From Paramoeba atlantica (taxonomy: Eukaryota > Protista > Discosea), in NCBI GenBank assembly GCA_977017575.1, contig CDRNVI010000044.1, positions 62,001 to 126,000 of the forward strand: a stretch of 64,000 bases of DNA, written 5' to 3'. The notes under the pieces were generated by a model, which worked only from the letters and a program-made list of their open reading frames with translations, ran no database searches and was not told the DNA's origin. The first letter of the stretch is position 1. The number at the start of each line of letters is the position of its first letter. Of this stretch, positions 19,789-30,522 are shown one piece after another. The translations under genes were made by a program, and so were the position numbers.

Positions 19789-20711
19789 AAAAAAAAAAAA
19801 AAAAAAAAAAAAACTATATAGCTTCTTTTGGTTATTGGCAGATAAGTGTACGACCAGTGAAAGGGTGCAGTAGTGCGGGTAAGTTGCGTTATGTTGTTGT
19901 GGAGTGATGGGATGGAGAGTGAGGGAGCGAGGTGAGTGTGAGAAGCGAGGAGAGTGAGGGGAGCGAGGAGACGTGGGGGGCGAGGAGACTTGGTGTGCGT
20001 GAGTGACGTGCGAACGGGTTGGTTCGCGACGTGGTGGGCATAATGCCCGTTCGTAAGTTACATATAGGAAGTGATTGCTAGGTTCTAAGAGCTCTATTTT
20101 GTGATACTTCTGCTACGTGTGATACTTGTAATACTTATTGCAAAGTAAATGTGTATAGCCGGATAAATCTTCTACATGGGAAATATTGATTTCTTTGCTT
20201 ACTTTCTTTTACGAAGTTTATGGCCAGGATAAAGGGTCCGTTGATTTCTATAAGTTTACGATATGAAATTTAGGAGACTTTATATTGTGCGTTGATATGT
20301 ATATGGTGCCCCGAAAGGGGTCTAAACTATGTCTTCAAATTCCACCCCGAAATGGGTCTAAACTATTTATTTGTATACCAGGGACAGAATGTAATTATGA
20401 AATATATATTAGTGACATTTCCTCCTTTAAAACATCAAAAACGTACCCACCCACCCAACCCCCAACCATTTCGCGACGTGGTGGGCATAATGCCCGTTCG
20501 TAAGTTACATATAGGAAGTGATTGCTAGGTTCTAAGAGCTCTATTTTGTGATACTTCTGCTACGTGTGATACTTGTAATACTTATTGCAAAGTAAATGTG
20601 TATAGCCGGATAAATCTTCTACATGGGAAATATTGATTTCTTTGCTTACTTTCTTTTACGAAGTTTATGGCCAGGATAAAGGGTCCGTTGATTTCTTAAC
20701 TGCAAAAAAAA

Positions 20712-20830
20712 AATTGCTTGTTTTAAAATCATATACCCCCCCCCCCAATGGACTTACTTGGTTCGTCTAATGGGTCAAAATATAGTGGCAATGCCGCGAT
20801 TCATACTTCTCCCCCCCTATTAATTGCAAA
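20712..20830 (+). repeat. ~125-bp dispersed unit, copy 3, followed by poly-A
   Basis: Same sequence as copies 1 and 2. Confidence 0.9.
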
Positions 20831-21034
20831 AAAAAAAAAAAAAAAAACTAAAATCCCAATGCGTGGCATAACTGCTAACTTGAAAAGTCGCGTAGGTACA
20901 AGTCTAGAATTTGAGGTGAGCCATGAATAGTTAGCTTTGGAGCTAGCTGCTCGTATTATGTGGGCTTGCGTTTTGTCTGTCATTAATTTGTCCCTTATGT
21001 CGTTGTGGTAGAGTATCTATCGGGCGTAGAGTAT

Positions 21035-21359
21035 CTATCTTCACGAGCTGGCGCCCACTAATGCACGGAAACGTAGCGGTACCCTGATGAGAGAGGCCAT
21101 TACGCGCAAGCACAGCACATACGTGGCTTCCGGGATGATACCACAAGAGCGTTTCGTATGCCTCCCAGTCCTCTCCGGTGGTGCTATGCATCACGGGCTC
21201 CGGCACTTGTTGCATACGTTGGCGGACTGCAGCGGACTTGATAGGGTCCGAACACTGAACGAATTTTCTCTGTGCCTGCAGGAGTTAAATGGGTCGATTG
21301 TATTCTCTCAGCTGAGAAATTATTTATCTAATGACGATTCACAAAACATGGGCCTCTAG
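21035..21359 (+). pseudogene. CRE-like C-terminal fragment
   Basis: HELAP..MREAITRK..TYVASGMIP..CLPVLSGGAMH..QELNGSIVFSQLR. Confidence 0.85.
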
Positions 21360-21739
21360 AATTTGACATTAAAAACAAAAACCTTGGAAACTTGAGAAAA
21401 AAAAAAGTATAATTAATATAGCTATTATAAGTTTACGGTATGGGATATAAGGTAGAGGGAAGATAATGGGGGGTAAAGGAGATCACGTCTCGCCCGTCTA
21501 AACGTAAAAAAACAAAAAAAAATACAAAAAGTGGTCTTAATACAAAAAGTGGTCTTAATACACAAAAACAAAAAGCCATACTGTCGGTGTCTGTCTTCGA
21601 AATCGCTCAAGAGATTGACCCTAGGCGAGCTAAAGTTCAGCTCCCAGTTTAGGGAAGTGTTGGCGTGCTAGGGCCGTGAAAGAATCCCGTGAAACATTGT
21701 TCTTTATTGTTGTTTTCTTTCCTACTCTTTTTCAAATAA

Positions 21740-24700
21740 ATGGGCATGCTGACGCGTGCCAAGGCGAAGGAGACGGGGGTAGCTCCCGTCGTCCAGTCGC
21801 TTCCACCCACACGCCGGAAGAAGAAACTGACCGCGGGAACGCCACTGCCGCCGCCATCGCCACAACCGCTACCACAACGATCGCCACCACCGCCGCAGCA
21901 ACGATCACCACCACCACAGCCACCACTGCAGCCATCGGCGCGAACACAGCAACGTCCACCACAAAAACCACCGCAACAATCGCCACTCCCGAAACGGCTG
22001 CAGCAACGAACACCACCACCACCGCAACAAACGCCGCCACCACCGCAACAAATGCTCTTTCTTCCAGCACCGCAACAATCGCCACCCCCGCAACGGCCGG
22101 ACCATTTAACATGCACACCTCCCCCGCGCACACCCGTAGATACATCGCTCACTCGTCCGGGTACCCCGCCAACCGTGAAAAAGAATGCAAAAAAAGGTTT
22201 TCGAATGTCCTTTTACCAGTTGAAGAAACAAATTGAAGAAGAAGAAAGAAAAGTAAAGGAAAGAAAAGACCAGGAAGCGAACGCTACGAGGCAAGGAAAA
22301 ATCAGTTCATTAATTCGCATTCGTCGACCCGAAGGATACAAGTTAACGCCGCACAATGAAAACGGGTGGAGTTCCATTATTGCGAAGTCGTGTTGCGCGG
22401 CTGCTAAAACCTGCGGGGCAGCTGTTTCGGCCATAGCATCGATCGCAAACAGTCAGCCAAACATAGCCCTACCTGAACTTTCAAACCGCGGTCAGAATGC
22501 ATCACCGGAAGAGCTACAAGTCAAGGAAGGAGCAAAAAAAAGAATCAGTCAGAGCAAGAATGATGCCAATTGGAACGATCAGGGGGAGGTAACAAGGGAT
22601 ACGTCTTGCACTCCAGTTGAGAAAAATCCAACGTCTACACCGGTGCGTCAAATAAAAGTTAAGTTCGTAAATTCAAAATCCCCAACAAAGAAGCTAACAG
22701 AAAAGAAAAGTGATGAACTAGAAGGTACAGACTCGGACAACATGGATAAAAACATCCCCGAAGCTGAAGGAGGTCTGTCGGAAGATCGAAATCCCCAGTG
22801 CACTGACCCAAAAGATCCGAAATTTAAAGGATACAAATGGGTAGGAAACGGTTATGTTTATGACGTTTACAGTTTCGACCCATTCTCCGATGCGCTCGAC
22901 GAGGCGGACCCCACCGCAGTCTACACGCCCACCGGAACTATCACGCCGCCAGATGAGAGTACGGGCATATTCTTGACTCCAAAAACGCCAGATGCCCCGG
23001 ACATGAGGCCAGATGCCCCGGACATCGCGTTTATGACGCCTTTTGACGCGAATCAGACGAAAGAAAGGCCTAATGAGGACACGAACGCATCACCCTTATC
23101 CAATGTTGCGTCTGCATTCCATAATAAAAATGAAGTGTTCGTAGAGGAACGTACGGACAACGGGATTGCGTCCATCGTAGGTCAGAGCCCTGATCTGCAA
23201 GACTATCTGCAGGATGCAGGGGGGACAGACTCTACCGCTTCTGAGCGACAAACCAATCATTCAGCTCGATCGGTAAATTCTGTGTTCTCCTCTCCGCAAC
23301 CTCACAAGTCATACGGTACGATTAGTGATGGGAACCCCGTACAATCGGAACTTCCCAGTCCTCTTCCAGCGCCTGACGAAAATTCTGGTGGTACAACTTT
23401 GTCTGAAATGGGGAATGTGTTGAACTCCGCGCTAGATAGAATTCGGTTCGTAGAGAATGCGAATTCGGCAGAGATGTGTGACACACTGTCGTCCCAATTC
23501 GCTACACGAGGCTTTCCTCTACAAGCAAGCGATATCCAATCGAAGTCTCAACATATCAAAAAAGGAACGCTATGTTCGGTCGCGTGGTCTTTCGGGAATC
23601 GAGATGACACCAACATCTCACTTGGGAAAGTAACCAGCGTGTATCGTAGGAAAGGTTCTTGGAAGCTGAACATAATCTACTCGGGGATCGTAGGGCATAA
23701 AATTGGTGAGGAATTCACTGGGACACTACCGCCCCACGAAAGTGTGAGGGTTAACGGGATGATATGGCATGCTGCAGCACCCCCGTGTACAGCCTCTACG
23801 CCCATTGATCCAAACGACGGTCAATCGCAAGGGGAATACATGTTTGGGCAGTCGGCCGAGCAAAGCATGAGTAACTCGAAGGAAGGTTGGAAGTCAAAGG
23901 ACTTGGATTACGTGCCCATTCCAACATCTCGCGTCATAAAACCGGAAATGATATCCGCTGTAATCGCGTCTTACCGAGAAATAATGCGTGAATACATCAA
24001 CAGTACTTATCCACAAAGGCACAAAATCTGGCACGAAGTTCTCTCAGCGATGAAATATTCCCTAGCAATAGTGCGTCAAGCCTCCAATCGCCGAAGACGC
24101 CGCCGCCCATTCGAAGCCGATAGCGAAACATCTGGCGATCATCCAACCAAGTCTGATGAGCACGAAGCGGATAAAAGAGCAATAAAAAAGGCAACGCGTT
24201 TAGTCATGGAAGGATGCGCGAGAAAGGCATGCAAAACTCTTGATCAGAAATTCATCCCAAACACTCTGTCGGATGATCAGATTCTAGATAGGCTGAAGGA
24301 TTTACATCCGCAACACGAATACAAGTTTAACCTACCAAATGATGCGCCTCTTCTTACTGGTTTGGATTCTTCTGAGCTTCGGTCAGCAGGGATGCGTTTA
24401 GTAAGAGGAGCTAGCCCAGGTCCGACAGGCACTACAGACAGCGTCGTGCGTCTCCTTATTGATGACCCAGTGTGCAGCCCAAACCTTTGCCACATGCTCA
24501 TGGATCTAATCAACGGTTTTCTTCCGCGAGATCTGATGAAACGTTTGGCAAGATCACGTCTAGTAGCGATTCAGAAAACAGGAGGTGGTATCCGCCCCGT
24601 GGCCATCGGTGAGGTGCTGGTGAAGCTTGCCGGCAACATTCTCGTTCAGCGATACGAATCCACGATTCAACCCCTTTTCGCACCAATGCAGCAAGGTGTG

Positions 24701-27700
24701 CTTTCAAAATCGGGGAGTGAGCGCATTGTACACACCTTAAATGAACGATACAGAAAAGGCGCGTGCATCTTAGCCATCGACCTAAAAAATGCGTTCAATA
24801 CCCCGTCGCGGAATCTTATCGCCAAACATGTTTTTGGACTAGCTACTCTCCGACCGTTTCAAAGGTTTTTCGGGTAGGGGGGACCTTCGATGAAGCTTCA
24901 TCGAAAGTGTACAACTTTCGATGAAGCACATTGAAAGTTGTACACTTTCGACGAATCTTCATCGAAGGTGTTTTTGACTTTTTTTTTATTTTTTCAAATC
25001 TTCACGCAAACGTTTTTCGCGGATCCATATAGACATTTTGACTTTTTTGGTGCTTCATCGAAGTGTTTTGTGAAGGCTCGTAGAGGAATTTCACCGTTTC
25101 TTCAGTTTATCTTCATCGAAGCGTTTTTGACTGATCCATATACATATTTTGAGCGACAATCCTGCGGAAGGGGTAAACACAGGATTTTCGTTGAGTACTC
25201 AACGAAGTGCCGGATTTTCGTTGAGTACTCAACGAACGGAAATTCACGGTGGAAATCAAGGACTTTTGCATAAGTCAAGGACTTTTGTGGAACATCCAAG
25301 AATTTTTTTTTGATTTTCATTTTCCGTGCGTTCAGTATCCTACACTTCGCTATATACGTTGACAACGCCTGCGTAGCGAAAACTACGAAATTCAGTGAGC
25401 TTCGCAAATTGCTTCCCACTAACGACGCACAGGGGAACCTTACGCGGGGTACGGCTCAGGCCCGCTCACGCGGGCCCTCGCCGTTTCGCGGCCGCGCGCA
25501 CCCCCGCTCACGCGGGGGCCCCCGCGCGGCCAAAATGGGTACTAAAATTTGTTATCAAGGTAGTTGGGCTTCGCAAATTGCTTCCCACGAATGGGTACTA
25601 AAATTTGTTATCAAGGTAGTTGGTCAAGATTATCAAGATTATCAAGTAGTTATCAGTTGGGCCTTTCTTCCTCCTCCCTCTAAGGTCCTGCAGATTTTTT
25701 ACGGTCACAGGGTACGTTCGTTGAGAAATCAACGAACGTACCCCCAAGCCAAAATGTGAAAGAAAACGGAAAGTCAGAATTCAGACAAAAAAACAAAAAA
25801 TTATTGAATTTAAAATGAAATTATATGTTTCATGCAACGTGTTTTCAACAGCCAATGGAAAAATTCGTTCAAAAACAAAAAGTTAAAAAAGTCAAAAAAA
25901 GTCAAAAACACCTTCGATGAAGATTCATCGAAAGTGTACAACTTTCGATGAAGATTCATCGAAGGTCCCCCCTAGCCGGTTTTTCCACGCGGAGTATGCT
26001 GAAGCTTCCGAATTACTTTTCTACGGCGCTAAGACAAACCGTTTGACCGGCATAGTGAAAAGCACTAGTGGCGTCCGTCAAGGCTCAACGCTATCCACCA
26101 TTTATTTTTGCGCTCTGTTGCAGCCAATATTAGAAAATCTTGCTGAAGAATTTCCTGGAGTTGAAATCTGCGCGTACATAGACGATATCAACCTTGTTTC
26201 CGACGACCCGCAGCTTTTAACAAAAGCTTTCACACGCCTCCAATCCCTATTGCAAGACTGCAGCCTGATTGTTTCAACAAACAAATGCATGTGGTTTGGA
26301 GGGACGGGGAACATTCCAATGCCGCAAGAACTCAGCAGTGCAGAGGTAAAAAAAGCAGACTGTACGATAAAGGTACTGGGTGCTTTCATCGGCGAAGAAA
26401 GTAAGGTCAGCGAAGAGCTGGTGAAATCTTTGCAAAAACATTATGAAATTTTTCGACGTCTGAAGCAGATGGGTATCAACAACACGTCGGCACAATTGTT
26501 GTCCAAATGCGTGAATGTACGTCAGAACTACCAGTTGAGAGTACACCACCCCATAGTCTCCGAAAATCTAGCTAAACTATTCGATCACGAGGTAGAAGAG
26601 GCGTTGAATTCGTGGTTTGGAACGCTATCTCAGGATCAGATAACTCAGTTACGTTTACCGGTTAAGAAAGGCGGGCTGGGCCTGACGGCTTGTCTCCCAA
26701 TTCGGTGTGCAGCCTTTGAGTCCTCTTGGTATTCAGTTTTCGAGCGCCCAATTAATCTTTCAGCTCAAGTCGAACACCAAGGAGACCAGACGCACGCCAT
26801 TTTGCAGTCCGACACCGACACCAGCGTGCCAACAGCAACAACCGACACTAGCGTTCCTATCGACGAAGATACGGCGGCGGCAGCTCTTCACACGAAAGCG
26901 TGGGACCTTTTGTCTTCTTCGAAGTCAGACTCGGTTGCCATCTTACAAGCAGTCTCATATAGGGGCAACGCAGAATGGGTCATGTCTAATGCTAAGTTTG
27001 TTCCCTCGCGCCTTTTTTCGCTTGCTTTAATGCCGCGACTCGGAATCGCGCATCCTCTACTGCCAAAACAGTTGCTCTGCCCCGGGTGCCGGATTCTGCT
27101 AGATTCGAAAGCCATGCTCGCGCACATACCTGGCTGTTCGAAATGCCCCGGTCTCAACGCCACAGCGAAGCATAACTCTTTAGTAAATTTTCTCTACGAG
27201 TTGTGTTTAAAAGCTGGGATTCCCTGCGAAAAAGAGCCGCGTAATTTCGCAACGTTTTCGTGCACACAATGCAACGAAAAAGTGGATCCTGATTACAGAC
27301 GGACGCATGGAAAAGTTTGCGGAGGCCGTTCTTTCCGCAGATCGGGTCCCGATCTTGTAGTTTTTTGGAATTCCGGCGAGATATTCTATGATTTCACCGT
27401 GATTCACGAGTTAGCGCCCTCTAATCTCGGAACAAAATGTGGCAAACTTTTTCGCGACGCGATCAAACGTAAACAAGACACCTATGTTCGCTCGGGTTTG
27501 ATATCAGAGGAAACGTTTCGGTGCGTGCCAGTGCTGTCAGGCGGGTCTCTACACGAAAATACGAAATCTCTTCTCAACGCCCTAGCAGACGCTTGTTGCC
27601 TGCCTCGAAAACAGACGCAGATGGAGTTTCAACTCTGTCTTCAAGAGTTGAATGGAGCTGTTGTATATTCGCAGCTGAGATCCTTTCTTGAGAAGGACAA

Positions 27701-27725
27701 ACGGGGTACAGACTATGCGATATGA
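21740..27725 (+). mobile_element. Apparently full-length single-ORF CRE/SLACS-like retrotransposon (subfamily B), split by a MITE
   Basis: ORF 21740..24877 has a Pro/Gln-rich N-terminus and RT motifs to IDLKNAFN. ORF 25917..27725 has GVRQGS, AYIDDI, CPGC..H..C and SGPD..YDFTVIHE. Removing the MITE restores PFQRFFHAEY. Confidence 0.9.
24872..25977. mobile_element. 1106-bp non-autonomous DNA element, TIR GG(G/C)TAGGGGGGACCTTCGATGAAG, 8-bp TSD GGTTTTTC (Merlin- or hAT-like)
   Basis: TSD at 24864-24871 and 25978-25985. Inverted termini, multiple internal 20-bp palindromes, no long ORF. Confidence 0.88.
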
Positions 27726-27826
27726 AGGAACAATGGCAGGAATGTGTTTCGTTTTTTTTTGTTTTTGTTTTGATTTGAATAGATTGTAGGGTGTAGCGCC
27801 AAATTTGTAGTCGGAAGTCAACGTCC

Positions 27827-28713
27827 ATGCTCACGTCGACGACGTTAATCTCGCATATGCATCTTTCCGGCATTGTATTGCTTTATCCGGATCTTCCATT
27901 AGTTGTAACATTGTTAAATGCGTTTTTGAGATCAATCTTGCATAGTAAAAAATCGTCGTCATCAGTGTGTTCGGCAAAGGTCTTCCGGCAGAGATGTATC
28001 ACCCTTTCTGCACCCGCAGGTGTAGCTACACCGTACTGGTGCCCTTTGAAAAGTTTGCGGGCCTGCCCCCTAGCCGCGAAGCAGGCGACTTTGCTTGCCA
28101 AGCGATTAGGGGGATCCCACAGTATGAAGCGGGACAAAAAATAAGGTTCATCTTGAGCAAGTAGTTTGTCGTCTGGATGCCAAATGATTCTATATGTCGG
28201 CGCAATAGGCGTTGTTTCGCGCATAATTGTAGCTGCGAATAGAATATGTCGAAGCTGAGCGTCGGGAAACACACCTCAATGACCTTTGTCATCTCGTAAG
28301 GCTGGTATTTTAGAGTTTCGCTTACATTTCTTCGCATGACTTGACTCATCATCGTCAGATATGTCCTCGCTTTCATCATACAAACAAGATAAAAGATCCT
28401 TGCCTGACAAAGTACGGTAATGCTTAAGTTCGCCAACCTGTTTCTTGTACTCTGCAATCGCCTGTGAGTCTTCCTCAACCTGTTTCTGAAGTTTTGCATT
28501 AGCCGCTTTCGTTTTCGCCAGCTCACGATGAAGTTCCTTAATTTTAGATTCTTTATGTTGAACAAGGGCTTCTTGGGCTTTTCGCAGAGTAACCTCTGCA
28601 TCATCATTAGCGATATTATCTTGAAACGTGTCCGGACGCGCTTCCATGTTCTGAGGATTTATCGTCGTGGACTGCTCCAAAAAAAGGGAACCGAGAACCC
28701 TGTGATCAGGCAT
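27827..28713 (-). pseudogene. CRE-like subfamily A N-terminal/RT fragment
   Basis: HQYGVATPAGAERVIH..LCKIDLKNAFNNV in 27883..28272, with a coiled-coil-like upstream ORF 28276..28713. Confidence 0.75.
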
Positions 28714-29135
28714 AAGAAATAGATCGTTGAAAATAAAAGAATTGACAAGGGTTTATATGTTGAGGGAATGTTGACGAAAAAAAGTGACAAGGGTATTTCA
28801 ATGTTGATAATATGTTGATATTATGTTAACGTTAACATAGTATGTTGTTGACAATGTTGTGGGCGGACAGCTAGGAGATCACGTCTCGCCCGTCTAAACG
28901 TGAATTCTCGATCCTTTGAGGACGAATGAGATCTTCACGGGGGATAAATCTCTCTCGGAGATTTATTTTTATTTGTTCCTCCATTAGTTCTTAATAAGAA
29001 ACTAAACAGCCTGCAAAGGCCAAATGGGTGCACCCATCATCATCATCATAATAAGAAACTAAACGTGGTTAGATCATGTGCTGCAGAATTCAGGGATTTT
29101 TTAGGATATAATTTATAAAGAAAATGTAATTCAAA

Positions 29136-30165
29136 CTATATGTCGTGCTCCGATTCGCTAGGTTCTGTTTCATCTTCCCCTTCGCTTTTGTATCCGTCTT
29201 CAGTTGTCTGTGTATCGGCTGGCGCTTTACAAAGATAAGTCAATTTATTTAGATTCCCTCGAAGAAACATTTGAGTGGCGATTACATCGCTATCAAGGGA
29301 GGCTTGACGCGGATTATACTTCCATCCCATAATGGAAAGCAGGGAATCACATGCCGTGGCGATTGGCGGCACCCACAAGTAGTGACGAGCGGCTTGGTAT
29401 ATAGATGGAAAGTTTTCTTTTCCGACATCTTCCCACCATTTCCATACGGAGGTGTGCACGGAGGGTTGCCAATCAAAGTTCTTACAATTAATATAAGAGT
29501 TCCATTCGTCTTCTGAAATATAAAAAAGAGGTTCTTCACTCTGAAAAACGTCGTTTGCCACATCAACGTTAATAACGGGGCATTGTGCTGTCGGATGCTT
29601 CCTGCTCAAAAAAATGTTCAATGGAGAAAAACTCATTACTGCGCACCAATAGTACATGTATGCTTTATTTTCAAGTCGCTGTTTATGCTTCTGTAGGGAT
29701 TTTATTAACTCAGGATTAGCATTTTCCTTCTCACTTTCAGACTTCAATCGCTGTTAAATTGGATACGGGACCAATGCCATGGGCTCATTGGTCATATCTG
29801 ACAACTTTTTCAACGACTTGTGGACAACCTCTAACTGTTACTCTTACTCTCTAATATTTCGCGTGCTTGTCCCATCAAATCTTGGGGGTCGCTTTCTTTT
29901 ATAATTTCCGCACATTTCTTGATAGAATCCGACGCATTTCCCGAAGTAACTTCATCGTATACAAACCGAGTAATGGGAGATTTTCTGCAATGTACTGCAA
30001 ACTTTCGAAGCGGCCGGTACACCATCTGGTAGCTCCACCCAATTTAGGGGCAGGTAATTTATTTATTCGCTTCGTGCGTTCCACAGCTTCCATGATCAAG
30101 GGGCCTTTTTCTACTAGTTCAAGTTGTATATATTCTACTAGTTCAAGGTTGTTGTATTCTTTACG
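29136..30165 (-). pseudogene. hAT-like transposase C-terminal remnant
   Basis: PKLGGATRW motif and the dimerization-domain pattern WW..FPSIYQAARHYLWVP..ACDSLLS..Y.PRQASL. Confidence 0.75.
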
Positions 30166-30169
30166 TTTT

Positions 30170-30430
30170 ATGGGCGTGACCACCCGCGCCAAGGCACAAG
30201 AAACGGGGGAAACTCCTGTAATTTTGCCTCTTTTGCCGAATCGAAGGAAAAAGAAACCGCCCACAGTGTCGCCGCCCCCTCCCCCAAGCACAGCCTCCAC
30301 ATCACCACCGCCCTGCCCAGCGTCAACACCCGAAAAGTCAACACCAGAAAGGGCTCCGGAAAAAGCGGACAAAGGAAACCAGCAGCCTCTGAGATCTGTA
30401 AACACTTTCACGCCTTCATTGCAGACCCCG
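30170..30430 (+). pseudogene. 5' fragment of another subfamily B CRE element
   Basis: MGVTTRAKAQETGETPV..LP.RRKKK matches the start of 21740 (MGMLTRAKAKETGVAPV..PTRRKKK). Confidence 0.75.
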
Positions 30431-30522
30431 AGACCGTTAATTATATCTATACAGGGCATTACCTGTAGAGTAATAAAGTCTAACAGGACGTACGCATATG
30501 ACGTCGCCTGCTAGACCATTTG

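Larger units (their letters stand above)
15634..20696 (+). mobile_element. Complete VIPER/TATE-like tyrosine-recombinase retrotransposon with split direct repeats A1-ORFs-B1-A2-B2
   Basis: A1 15634-15828 = A2 20250-20444 (195 bp). B1 20023-20249 = B2 20470-20696 (227 bp). gag, YR and RT/RH ORFs are intact; no TSD. Confidence 0.92.
21477..28901. repeat. 29-bp exact direct repeat pair AGGAGATCACGTCTCGCCCGTCTAAACGT (21477-21505, 28873-28901); candidate long TSD
   Basis: Exact match seen. It brackets CRE sequences of both subfamilies. Confidence 0.7.

Noticed and set aside
21690-21740. CTTTATTG / TTGTTG upstream of the CRE ATG as an SL relic
   Set aside because: The match to the local SL is 6 nt or less in T-rich sequence, which is not significant.
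21649-22294. Gly/Cys-, Val/Ala- and Thr/Ala-rich ORFs
   Set aside because: They are alternative-frame or antisense shadows of the Pro/Gln-rich low-complexity start of the CRE ORF.
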